38,410 nucleotides of DNA from Octopus bimaculoides (lineage: Eukaryota), in contig NC_068998.1 in the NCBI RefSeq assembly GCF_001194135.2, forward strand, positions 31,436,139 to 31,474,548. The letters are read 5' to 3'. The notes under the pieces were generated by a model, which did no database searches, was not told the origin of the DNA, and was given only the letters and a program-made list of their open reading frames with translations. Within the stretch, counting starts at the first letter, position 1, and each line of letters begins with the position of its first letter. A program made the translations under genes and the position numbers. Shown piece after piece: positions 11,784-22,929 of this stretch.

Positions 11784-13048
11784 TTACCTGTTAATTTGGG
11801 GTGTCCGGTGGAGAGGGACCCTCCACCTTTTCTTGATACAGGGTCGGAGGTGGCAGGTCTTGGAAAATAGATTGGTTAAATCCAGTCTCATTACCGACAC
11901 AGACTTTCTATAAGATATTAAATGAGTCTTTTTGTCCATTTCATATAGTTCATAATTTTTGTATTTGTCCGACAGTTCTGCTATCCTGGTTGCTGATTTT
12001 TTTGTTTTTATCTCTCTCATTAAATCCTCATTTTTACTATGTAGTGTCACAATCTCTCTGTTCACTACTTCTTTCTTTGTTATTTTTGGTTGGACTCTTT
12101 TTGCTGTTTTTTTTGTCGTGGTTCTATTTGTTTTGGTTGGTTTACATTTTCCATTTTTCTTTTGTTAGTAACTTTATTTTCTGTTTCTTTTTCTTTTTCT
12201 TCCTCCTCATCTTCAGATGCCTCCTCGCCTTCCTTACAGTATTTTTTTTTATATGGCCCTCGACAAAAACTTTGAGGAACTCCTCCCCAACTTCTATTCT
12301 TTTTGGAAGCTATTCTAATACAGCCTGTTCTGTTTGAATTAACAGGTGGTCCAATTTGCCCTTTCTGAAACGGTAGCCTGAAATATTTTTATCTCATCTA
12401 CTCTTTCTGACAGGACTGCCACCATCAACCACATAGGGTCGACTTGAAGTGGGACCTTTGGCATTCGTATTTTGGCTGTCCTCATATCTATGTATATTGG
12501 TGTTAAAATTACGTTTTCTGTTTCCAAGGATTTCACCGAGTGCAATTGTGCCGTTTCAATGTTTTTTAGGTGTACCTCGATGGTACCGAACTTTTCCCCT
12601 CTGGCTAGATATATGATATCCTGCCAGATGGGCTTTAAACATTTCTCTACCTTCTCCTCGCTTACTCGCTCGATGATTCTTTCTTTTTGGCAGTATGTCT
12701 TGAATATAATAGTTTTTTTCTTCTCTGACAATAAAAACTCTTCTGGGGGTTGAACCTTGACAACGCCGTCTTGAATTATAATCATATCCTTGTACATCAA
12801 CAAATCACTTTTATTCGTCGACAGTTGGCGAATTCTATCTCCAGCCGCAGATGCAAAACTTTTTTCTGTTTACCTTCCTCTGTTTGAAGGCTTTTCACCT
12901 CGACGTTCCTCCTTGCAACGGTAGTCCTCGACAATAGTGGGAATTCGTTTTCAGACGAATCCGAAACATCTTTCAATAATATTTTTTCCACTTTTTTGGC
13001 CTCTAAATCTGTCTAATCCTCGTCAGATGAAGACAAACCTTTTGGCAT
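11784..13048 (-). pseudogene. Tx1 ORF1 (gag-like) remnant of element B
   Basis: TIIFKTY...RGEKFGTIEV...PIYIDMRTAKIRMPKVP aligns by eye with the ORF1s at 13801-14715 and 32007-33405. Stops and frameshifts present. Confidence 0.75.
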
Positions 13049-13201
13049 CTTGCCAGCAATTAATGTTTCTCCTTATACAAATTTAAACAGGTACAGCAAA
13101 TAAAACAGGCAACAACACGGAAACAGTCAACAGAAACTACACTTACTATATTAACGCACTTCGGTAATGCCAACACTTCCAACTCACAGAGACGAAATAC
13201 C

Positions 13202-14893
13202 TATTTCTTTATTACCCAAAAAGGGCTATACAAAGAATTTTTAAGACATCACAAAACATAAAGACGGTACAAAATGCAACAAACATAAAATCGGGGAACT
13301 AAAAATTACAAAAGCGAATGATAATAGTAGAAGAAAAATTAAAATAAAATGATAATATGCAAGAATGAAAAAATGAGGCGCAATGTCCACTCGACCTCCG
13401 AAGTCGGGTGGTTACATTTATCTAGTTTTTCACTTTTACGTTCAACATCATGTAGACATTTTAACGGTTTTGCAACTAAAAAAAATTGAAACACTCGTGT
13501 TACTTTTCTCCCATTAACCACTTTTACTTCCGTCCTTATCAACTGCAAATAATCAGTTCTAGGAGGTGATGTCTCCACCAACCATACCCGTTTCGTTGTT
13601 ATATTTTCACCAAGTTCTTTTATGTACTCCCAGTAGTTTTCCTCATGTATCAAAATGCATTTCTGATCACATTTCTCCGGCATCTTCACTCTTATATTTC
13701 CTCCAACTTCGCGACTTTTCTCTCCATCTGCTCACACTTCATCAAAACCCCCTTGTATTTGACATCTTTATCCGTTCTCTCCTCCTCTTCTTGTACATTA
13801 TTAGTTTCTGGCTTTTCTATCTCTTTTGTTTTCTGTTGACCCTTCCTTTGACCTATTTTTCTTTCGCTTTTTAGGGTTAGTAGCTCCATTTTCGTTCTTC
13901 TCTTTTGTTTTCTCTGTTTCACACTTCTGTCTCTCTTTCATTTGCTCAGTGTGGTCTATAATGTTTTCCTCCTCTGCTTGTGTTTTCTCTTGCTGTGGCT
14001 GTGTGAACTCATATAGGAGGAATTTGGTCTTCATATGACCTCTCTCCCCGCATATGTTACAATTTGATTTCTTTCCCTCGACTACGACATTTAACGTTCT
14101 CTCGTCCTCCACTTCTATCTGGTAGGGAATTCTTTCTATGTCCTCGAATGTGGCAAAAAGCCACATTTCGAGTCCAAATCCCCACCAATTGCGCACTTTT
14201 GTTTCCGCCACTGGTCCCAATTCCGGATCCTCCTTGGTTGCAGCCAGTACTGTTACAACCAACCACTCCAGTTTAATTTCTGGTGGCACTCTGGGAATAC
14301 GTATTCTCACACTTCTTCGTCTATAACTTGGTAGTAATGCTATTTTTGTATTTCCTAAAATGTTGGACGCATGCTTGGTTGCCTCTTCTATAGTGGCGAA
14401 CCTCACCTCTACCGTACCGAACTTTCTTCTTCTGCTGATGTACGTGGCTTCATTCACAATTTCACCCAGGCACTCCTCGATTTCCTCTTCCGTCACCATT
14501 TCAATTTTACAGGTTTCGACAGCCTGTGTACGATACACAACTGTCCTCAGAATTTTGTCTTCCTTGGTCTCTTTTAAGGGGGACAATTTGCATGAGTCTC
14601 CCTCTACTTCTATCAAATTCCTACTTCTGCTCACCTCCTCCATATCCAGCTCGATCAACTTGGTTTCCAGCGACACTGGCTTCTTCGCCGCAGTAGCCCT
14701 GGCGTAGCTCTCCATACTGGAGACACTACCAATCGCTACAGCTGGGGGAAAAAAATGCAGCGGCTCGCGTGAAACGTAACAACAACAATTCCACAAAAAA
14801 ATCACAATTATTCACAGAGACAACTTACAGTAATTCACACAGTTTTCACAGAGTAACACAGCAGTATTCACAATAATTCACAATAATTCACGG
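13202..14893 (-). mobile_element. ORF1-only non-autonomous Tx1-type element (~1.7 kb), element C
   Basis: 5' UTR, ORF1 from ATG 14715 (MESYARATAAKK, RKFGTVEVRF, knuckle CNICGERGHMKTKF) ending near 13370, ~170-bp 3' UTR, AATAAA at 13208-13213. No APE or RT sequence. Flanked by a 12-bp near-duplication. Confidence 0.8.
13370..14715 (-). pseudogene. Tx1 ORF1 with degenerate CCHC zinc knuckle, frameshifted 3' part
   Basis: ORF 13801-14805 continuing via 13692-13922 and 13339-13689. CX2CX4HX4F, with the last Cys replaced by Phe. Confidence 0.8.
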
Positions 14894-14952
14894 AGACGTT
14901 ATACCGCTAAGCAGTTCGACCGGCGTGCTAACGATTCTGCCAGCTCACCGCC
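14894..14952 (-). mobile_element. 5' head of a tRNA-like SINE, interrupted by Tx1 insertions
   Basis: Minus strand ggcggtgagctggcagaatcgttagcacgccggtcgaactgcttagcggtat aligns with the SINE head at 7059-7110. Confidence 0.8.
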
Positions 14953-16399
14953 TCAAAAACTCTCTGAAAATGCACTGATATAATACAGAGAATAAATTAT
15001 AATGTAGTCATATAATTTTTCAGGAAAAGAGAACGAATATATTAAAACAAATTCTCTTGCTGAAAATTTATTTGAAAGAAAGTATAAATGAAACAAAAAG
15101 AGAAAAAGTCGTAATCGAAATCTTGAAAATCGTCACGCTTTTGGTTTTGATTTCATTTATGTGAGTTTTATGTTTTTTACACATAAAACAGTTTTAAATA
15201 GAATTTCTATGTTATTTCATTGCGTGTTTCTACTGTACAGTATTTGGTAGGGAAGGTTAATATATCAACCACTCCTCTTAACCGTTTTCAAGACTGTGGT
15301 GGAAACCATAGATGAGCTATTTCTTCAGTACTTTATTTCCGTAGAACATGTCAGTAGTTGATTATTTGCTGATCAAAGAACTGCTGGTGAGTGTTCAAGC
15401 AGAATTACTTCTTGAAAAAGAGCCTTGGACAAAAATCTAGAAACCAGAACAGCTTGAAATTTCTCAACCAATGTCATAAGCATAACTGATATTATTGTCA
15501 ATTATTTGAATGTAATCTTTTAATCAGTTCAACCTTGGTATAGTTTTGGTATTTTCAGCAACTATAAAGTGGAGGAATGACGGGAATTGTAAAGCTTCAT
15601 TCAAAATGCATTGCTTTATTTAATTTCGTTCTTTTACATTCTTTTCCTTTCAGTGATGTAAAATAAAACAACTGAGGTACTGGTTCAATCTCATCACATA
15701 TATTTGCTTCCAAAATTTTCTTTCTTGTGTCTATACCTGAAAATCACCATAGCAAAGCGAAACGGTGCCAGAAATGGTAAAGCACAAAATCAATGGGTCG
15801 CATAAAATTTAGAAGTATCAATGTACATACTTCGTTAAGCTTTCACTATGACTGACTTTCAAAGTTCCAGGTTTTGTAAAATAACTGAGTGCTGCGGTCA
15901 GTTCAATCGACTGTTCCTAGGCTACAGAGTTTGATTTTGTTATAATGATCAGCTTTAGCAGGGTAAATACATAGAAAACTCGAAGAGAAAATGGCGTGGT
16001 CAGTGGTATGCATGATGGTATGCTCTGTTGCTATTCTTCAACATCAACAAATGAACAGAAAATAAGTGATGATGTTGATCATGTAGCGACAAATGACAAG
16101 GCTTAAATATTATGAATTGCGAATTTCAGACTTCTTGATGTAAAACAATGATTCTTCTAATATGGGAGTTTCAATGATTTGTTTGAGATAGAGCACATTC
16201 CATTGCAGCACTGAAATTGTAATCAACTCTCCATAAATGTTTCTACAGCCACCATCATTACATTCATACAAAACTACATCGAATACCCTACTCTAACTAT
16301 TGATATGTAATATAACCACAAACTCCAGCATCATCATGGGCATTATAAGCAGATCATAAAATTTGAATTCACGAGCATACTGAAAATTTTTAGACTGTT

Positions 16400-16618
16400 G
16401 ATAATGATGATAATGATGAAGATGATTATGGTCATCATCATCATCATTATCGGGAAAAGAGGCAAAAGTTTCATTGAGGAGGAGGAGGAGAAGATAATGC
16501 AAAAGATCCTCCTCCTCTTCATCATCATCACCATCATCAGCAGCGTTATTAATAAATAACTGTGCGTATGTTTGCGCATGTGTATGTGTTCGTGCATATG
16601 TATGCAAGCATGTGTGCA

Positions 16619-16690
<72 letters not shown>
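16400..16690. repeat. (GAT/CAT)n low-complexity tract and (GA)n microsatellite (16622-16688)
   Basis: Direct reading. Confidence 0.9.
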
Positions 16691-16693
<3 letters not shown>

Positions 16694-17027
16694 TCAACCA
16701 TTTCCTTGCTTAGATACATGCGTGACTGTTGATTCATATGTGCACGCGTTTGTTGTTTTAATTCATGTGGGTCATTATGAAAACTATACATATCAATAAC
16801 TGTATATGTAAACAGACAGGCTTACTTGCACATGCACATTGTCATCTACATGTAAGTAAAAGTCGATACAGATAGGCTAGTATAATTGTATTTATCTATG
16901 TATATATATCTATGCACAAGTATGTACATAGACCTGCTTTTGAATTCTAGTGTGTATCTATTGTGGATGTATGTGTGTGTGTGTTCGTGTGTGTCATTTA
17001 TGTTCAAAGATCTGCATGCGCATATTT

Positions 17028-17174
17028 GTGCAGCAAGAAGCTTGCTTCTCAACCACATGATTCCGGGTTCAGTCCCACTGCGTTGCTCAATGGGAAACTG
17101 TGTTCAACTGTAGCTTCGGGCCGACTAAAGCATTGTGAGTGGATTTGATTGACTAAAACTGAAAGAAGCCCGTC
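17028..17174 (+). mobile_element. tRNA-like SINE, second family, followed by (TA)n
   Basis: B-box-like ccgggttcagtccc, body ending aactgaaagaagcccgtc, then a TA tail. Family recognised from memory only. Confidence 0.6.
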
Positions 17175-17263
17175 ATATATATATATATATATATAATTAT
17201 AAAATCTGGTAATTAATCATATATCAATTAATATCGATTAATTATCAGGAGGCCAGCACATCT

Positions 17264-17439
17264 AAAGAATCAAAGAGATTCAGAAATAGTATCTGCAATC
17301 TCAGGGGATTAAGGTACATTAAAAAAAAAAAAACGTTGACCACTAACGTGGACAACGTTATTTTAAAAAAATGTTTTTTAAAAATGTACCTTAATCGCCT
17401 GAGATTGCAGATACTATTTCTGAATCTCTTTGATTCTTT
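17264..17439. repeat. Nested fold-back: 57-bp arms (17264-17320 / 17383-17439) plus inner 12-bp hairpin (17332-17343 / 17348-17359)
   Basis: Outer arms 56/57 complementary, inner arms 11/12. The right arm runs into the N-gap. Confidence 0.93.
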
Positions 17440-18306
17440 NNNNNNNNNNNNNNNNNNNNNNNNNNNNNNNNNNNNNNNNNNNNNNNNNNNNNNNNNNNNN
17501 NNNNNNNNNNNNNNNNNNNNNNNNNNNNNNNNNNNNNNNNNNNNNNNNNNNNNNNNNNNNNNNNNNNNNNNNNNNNNNNNNNNNNNNNNNNNNNNNNNNN
17601 NNNNNNNNNNNNNNNNNNNNNNNNNNNNNNNNNNNNNNNNNNNNNNNNNNNNNNNNNNNNNNNNNNNNNNNNNNNNNNNNNNNNNNNNNNNNNNNNNNNN
17701 NNNNNNNNNNNNNNNNNNNNNNNNNNNNNNNNNNNNNNNNNNNNNNNNNNNNNNNNNNNNNNNNNNNNNNNNNNNNNNNNNNNNNNNNNNNNNNNNNNNN
17801 NNNNNNNNNNNNNNNNNNNNNNNNNNNNNNNNNNNNNNNNNNNNNNNNNNNNNNNNNNNNNNNNNNNNNNNNNNNNNNNNNNNNNNNNNNNNNNNNNNNN
17901 NNNNNNNNNNNNNNNNNNNNNNNNNNNNNNNNNNNNNNNNNNNNNNNNNNNNNNNNNNNNNNNNNNNNNNNNNNNNNNNNNNNNNNNNNNNNNNNNNNNN
18001 NNNNNNNNNNNNNNNNNNNNNNNNNNNNNNNNNNNNNNNNNNNNNNNNNNNNNNNNNNNNNNNNNNNNNNNNNNNNNNNNNNNNNNNNNNNNNNNNNNNN
18101 NNNNNNNNNNNNNNNNNNNNNNNNNNNNNNNNNNNNNNNNNNNNNNNNNNNNNNNNNNNNNNNNNNNNNNNNNNNNNNNNNNNNNNNNNNNNNNNNNNNN
18201 NNNNNNNNNNNNNNNNNNNNNNNNNNNNNNNNNNNNNNNNNNNNNNNNNNNNNNNNNNNNNNNNNNNNNNNNNNNNNNNNNNNNNNNNNNNNNNNNNNNN
18301 NNNNNN

Positions 18307-18450
18307 ACAGAAAAACAAAAGACGAAGACAGGTGTATAAACAACAAGCAGGTGAGAAAGTCTTTTACATTTCGAGTCTACGCTCTTCAGCCTAAAGTAAC
18401 ACGTGGAAATAAACAGAGAGAATAAAAAACTTTTGGAGTTAGCGGTCAAT
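18307..18450 (-). mobile_element. PLE-type pseudo-LTR with a degenerate hammerhead-like motif (18361-18396)
   Basis: Homologous to 6812-6940. Lies downstream of, and on the same strand as, the GIY-YIG fragment 18771-19163. Confidence 0.6.
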
Positions 18451-18770
18451 CATGGCGACTGGCTGGACAAAGGTAGTTAGACAGGCGAACTAGGAAGCAG
18501 GGGAGCTAATAAAGTACTGGTGATCCCAAAATGAAGGTGCACGTGCATGTGTGTATACGAGTGTGCAAGTGTGTGCGTGTGGATAGGGGCTGGTGACTTT
18601 GACGTGTAGCTGTGTGCATGTGTGTGTACGTCTGTAACGTGAGGATGTGTGGATGATGGTGTGGGTGCTGAGAAGTGGTCAGTGTTAGTGTGTGCGAGGT
18701 GTTGTGGTGGTGGTGGTGGTAGTGGTGATGTGTTGTGGTGCGGCGTGTTGGGGTGTGTGGATATGAGGGT

Positions 18771-19163
18771 ACTGATGTACAGAGAAGGACAGAAAGAGTA
18801 GGGGATGCAGTAAATGACGTTGCTAGAAGTGCAGGTAAAGGAGTCAGTGATATGATAGGGACGATGTGTGCCTGTTAGGATGGTGGTGAGGTAGGGGCAA
18901 GTGCAGCAGCGTGGACGGGAGCAGAGGAACGAGCCAGGTTGGGAGGTGGGGTTAAGGAAGAAACTGTGGACCAGGAGGTCACGCAGGTTGTGTGTTCGTT
19001 TGAAGAAGGGAAGGGGTAGGTTGGGGAAGATGTGCGAAGTAGAGGGGTCGGACTGGAGTCACCGGAAGGCTTGGAGAATGGTGCATTGAAGGGGCGGGGT
19101 GGAGGGGTGGTAGGTGAGGAGAGACGGGTAACGGCGGGGCGGGTACGGAGTGAGAGCAGAAGC
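18771..19163 (-). mobile_element. Penelope-like (Neptune-type) linker and N-terminal GIY-YIG endonuclease remnant
   Basis: LTYHP...LQSDPSTSHIFP...FKRTHNLRDLLVHS...PGSFLCSRPRCCTCPY...FTCTSSNVIYCI...LYIS; one in-frame stop. Confidence 0.85.
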
Positions 19164-19735
19164 NNNNNNNNNNNNNNNNNNNNNNNNNNNNNNNNNNNNN
19201 NNNNNNNNNNNNNNNNNNNNNNNNNNNNNNNNNNNNNNNNNNNNNNNNNNNNNNNNNNNNNNNNNNNNNNNNNNNNNNNNNNNNNNNNNNNNNNNNNNNN
19301 NNNNNNNNNNNNNNNNNNNNNNNNNNNNNNNNNNNNNNNNNNNNNNNNNNNNNNNNNNNNNNNNNNNNNNNNNNNNNNNNNNNNNNNNNNNNNNNNNNNN
19401 NNNNNNNNNNNNNNNNNNNNNNNNNNNNNNNNNNNNNNNNNNNNNNNNNNNNNNNNNNNNNNNNNNNNNNNNNNNNNNNNNNNNNNNNNNNNNNNNNNNN
19501 NNNNNNNNNNNNNNNNNNNNNNNNNNNNNNNNNNNNNNNNNNNNNNNNNNNNNNNNNNNNNNNNNNNNNNNNNNNNNNNNNNNNNNNNNNNNNNNNNNNN
19601 NNNNNNNNNNNNNNNNNNNNNNNNNNNNNNNNNNNNNNNNNNNNNNNNNNNNNNNNNNNNNNNNNNNNNNNNNNNNNNNNNNNNNNNNNNNNNNNNNNNN
19701 NNNNNNNNNNNNNNNNNNNNNNNNNNNNNNNNNNN

Positions 19736-19809
19736 AACACGCACACACACACATATATATGTATGTATATATTTGTATATGTATGTATGTATATATATGT
19801 ATATATATG

Positions 19810-19860
<51 letters not shown>

Positions 19861-19920
19861 GTATATATATATATGTATATGTATATGTATATATGTATAT
19901 GTATATATATGTATATATAT
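19736..19920. repeat. (CA)n/(TA)n-(TATG)n compound microsatellite
   Basis: Direct reading. Confidence 0.95.
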
Positions 19921-20097
19921 TCCCCCGTCGCCCGTCACTTCCACTTGGCCAACCACTCCCCCTCTAACATCTCCGCTTTTGGCCTCGCTCTGCACCATGG
20001 ATCCACTCCCTCGCGACTCCACTTGGAACAGCGCTACATTTTTAACCTTAGAACATCTTTCCCCTTCGGACTCAACACAGCCCCCTCCTCCTTATGA
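19921..20097 (+). mobile_element. C-terminal part of a Neptune-type PLE GIY-YIG domain
   Basis: [22 protein letters not shown]...[21 protein letters not shown], matching the usual PVA.HF...H ... E..I..L.T..P.GLN ending. Confidence 0.8.
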
Positions 20098-20269
20098 CTC
20101 CCTCCTTTACGACAATGCAACACTTTTCTTTATTTATTATTTTTGTTATTATTATTATTATTACTTTTTTAAACCCCTCCCCCCTTATCCACTTCACATT
20201 ATATCCATTCTTCACTTTTTTATTACAATCACTACAATTTTCCACAATTTATTTCCTCTCTTCCTACAC

Positions 20270-21655
20270 GCACACATACCCACACGCAAAAAATACACGC
20301 ACCCATACACACACATGTACGCACACCTACCCCCCTACACACCACACACACACAACACACATGCATGCACTTACACGCTCAGATTCACCCACACACTTAT
20401 ACAAACACACATACACACGCACACACACTTGCGCATACACACACACGCTAACAAACACGGAAACATACACACACACACCCAAGCATACACACCCTTGCAC
20501 ACATAACCCATATATACCCCCATTCACACATACCTCCCACACACCTGACAACCCATACATACCCCCATTCACACATACCTCCCATACACCTAACACATAC
20601 ACCTCCCACACACCTTACATATATACCGCCCACACACATGACAAACATACNNNNNNNNNNNNNNNNNNNNNNNNNNNNNNNNNNNNNNNNNNNNNNNNNN
20701 NNNNNNNNNNNNNNNNNNNNNNNNNNNNNNNNNNNNNNNNNNNNNNNNNNNNNNNNNNNNNNNNNNNNNNNNNNNNNNNNNNNNNNNNNNNNNNNNNNNN
20801 NNNNNNNNNNNNNNNNNNNNNNNNNNNNNNNNNNNNNNNNNNNNNNNNNNNNNNNNNNNNNNNNNNNNNNNNNNNNNNNNNNNNNNNNNNNNNNNNNNNN
20901 NNNNNNNNNNNNNNNNNNNNNNNNNNNNNNNNNNNNNNNNNNNNNNNNNNNNNNNNNNNNNNNNNNNNNNNNNNNNNNNNNNNNNNNNNNNNNNNNNNNN
21001 NNNNNNNNNNNNNNNNNNNNNNNNNNNNNNNNNNNNNNNCACAAACACACGCACGCACATCCACATACACCCATACACACGCACCCCCCTCCACACACAC
21101 AGAAGACACATATAGAAGACACACACACACACAGAAGACACACACACACACCGGCACAAACGAACCCACATATACACACATGCAAATGAACCCGCACATA
21201 ACTCCTACACATACACAACACGCACTCACACACACCCAAGTATACATACATACACACACGCATACACATCACACGCACATACACACGCACACATATAAGG
21301 CACATACACACACATGTAGAAACGAACTCACACACATATGCAAATGAACCTACACACAACTCCTACATACACACTCACACACACACATACCCAGGTGCAC
21401 ATGTACACACACGCAAATGAACCCACACATAACTCACATACACACACAACAAACAGTGACACACACACGAACACATACTACGCATATACACGCACACACA
21501 CACACACACACGAAATAACCCACGTCCGATCCACAAAGCAAACCACACGCATATACACACACACGTACACAAAAAATACAGGCACACACTGCTAGGAAAT
21601 CACACCCACACAATACAAACACACACGCACACACACATACTCAAAACTGCATGCT
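20270..21655. repeat. CA-rich degenerate low-complexity tract (spans a gap)
   Basis: Direct reading; accounts for the H/T and V/C-rich spurious ORFs. Confidence 0.92.
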
Positions 21656-22050
21656 NNNNNNNNNNNNNNNNNNNNNNNNNNNNNNNNNNNNNNNNNNNNN
21701 NNNNNNNNNNNNNNNNNNNNNNNNNNNNNNNNNNNNNNNNNNNNNNNNNNNNNNNNNNNNNNNNNNNNNNNNNNNNNNNNNNNNNNNNNNNNNNNNNNNN
21801 NNNNNNNNNNNNNNNNNNNNNNNNNNNNNNNNNNNNNNNNNNNNNNNNNNNNNNNNNNNNNNNNNNNNNNNNNNNNNNNNNNNNNNNNNNNNNNNNNNNN
21901 NNNNNNNNNNNNNNNNNNNNNNNNNNNNNNNNNNNNNNNNNNNNNNNNNNNNNNNNNNNNNNNNNNNNNNNNNNNNNNNNNNNNNNNNNNNNNNNNNNNN
22001 NNNNNNNNNNNNNNNNNNNNNNNNNNNNNNNNNNNNNNNNNNNNNNNNNN

Positions 22051-22260
22051 TTCCTCTTCCGGTCCTTCCACAATGTAACCTCGTGGACATCGGTGCTGAC
22101 TTTTTCTTTCTCCGTTTTTCCCTTCTTTGAACTTTCCTTGTTTCCGACGAAGGGCTCCGCCCGAAACGTCATACTCTCTCTCTTTCCTTTCCCGAGCGTC
22201 TAATAACACTATCCGTATCACGTCCTCACGTTGTTGTTTTTTGTTATTGTTTTTTTCTTT
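22051..22260 (+). mobile_element. PLE-type pseudo-LTR with hammerhead-like motif (22140-22174)
   Basis: gttt-CCGACGA-a-gggc-tcc-gccc-GAA-ACGT-C-atac; adjacent to a PLE RT fragment. Confidence 0.55.
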
Positions 22261-22265
22261 TTTTG

Positions 22266-22441
22266 AACGAATATATATGTATATATATATGTATAAATAT
22301 ATATGTATATATATATATATATAAATATATATATGTATGTATATATATGAATAAATATATATGTATGTATATATATAAATATATATATGTATATATATAT
22401 ATGTATACATATATATGTATACATATATGTATATATGCATA
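22266..22441. repeat. (TA)n-rich microsatellite
   Basis: Direct reading. Confidence 0.95.
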
Positions 22442-22810
22442 TAGTGTTGTATTACTTTTGAATACTGCCCTGATGTCATATGGGCTGCATATCTTTTGTA
22501 TCTTTTCGGAGAGGCCTTTCACACAGGGTAGACAGACTGTGGTCAGTTTATGGGTTTCATCCTCTCTTTTCTTCATAATTGGAGTGGAGAGTATGTTTTG
22601 GGGGTAGTTGTTTCTTAATAGATTGTTACTGAGCTTGATCATTTCTTCATGGAGGGTATCACGATCGCTACTTATATTGTTTGCACGATGTTTTAGGCAC
22701 TGAGCAACCCCTCTCTTTACACTGTATGGATGATGGGAATTGAAGTTGAGGTATCGTCCAGTGAAGGTTGGCTTGCGGTATACGGATGTCCTGGATCCAA
22801 ACTTAGTGCG
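22442..22810 (-). mobile_element. Penelope-like RT C-terminal (thumb) remnant
   Basis: [29 protein letters not shown]...L..RA...NNYP...[27 protein letters not shown], the typical PLE VYRKPT...YL.F.S.HP motif. Confidence 0.9.
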
Positions 22811-22820
22811 TGTTATTATT

Positions 22821-22902
22821 GTGTTAACAACAAACAAGATGAGGACAAATATCCGTCAAATGTAAATAATGTACATAATTCCTCATCTCTCAAATATAGA
22901 AC
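22821..22902 (+). mobile_element. 3' part of the same pseudo-LTR as 250-340, lacking the ribozyme core
   Basis: Direct alignment to 250-340; the first copy has a 9-nt internal duplication. Confidence 0.85.
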
Positions 22903-22929
22903 CGATATGTCACTGGTTCACAAGGAAAC

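Larger units (their letters stand above)
9798..13189 (-). mobile_element. L1/Tx1-type LINE 5' portion (5' UTR, ORF1, APE, start of RT), element B, 3'-truncated
   Basis: ORF1 remnant from ATG at 13048. APE start MSIHISCVNVRGL...VATET at 11780, then SYLDRILI and YWKLN. RT NFRPITLLNAEMKVLAKVL...LDQSKAFD, ending at NIDS near 9798. Confidence 0.9.

Noticed and set aside
15200-16250. Unique-looking sequence checked for host exons or a transposase
   Set aside because: The frames I translated contain frequent stops and no recognisable motif.
16293-22607. ORFs rich in SL, ER, HT, VC or YI dipeptides
   Set aside because: These are translations of (GA)n, (CA)n and (TA)n microsatellites, with no coding evidence.
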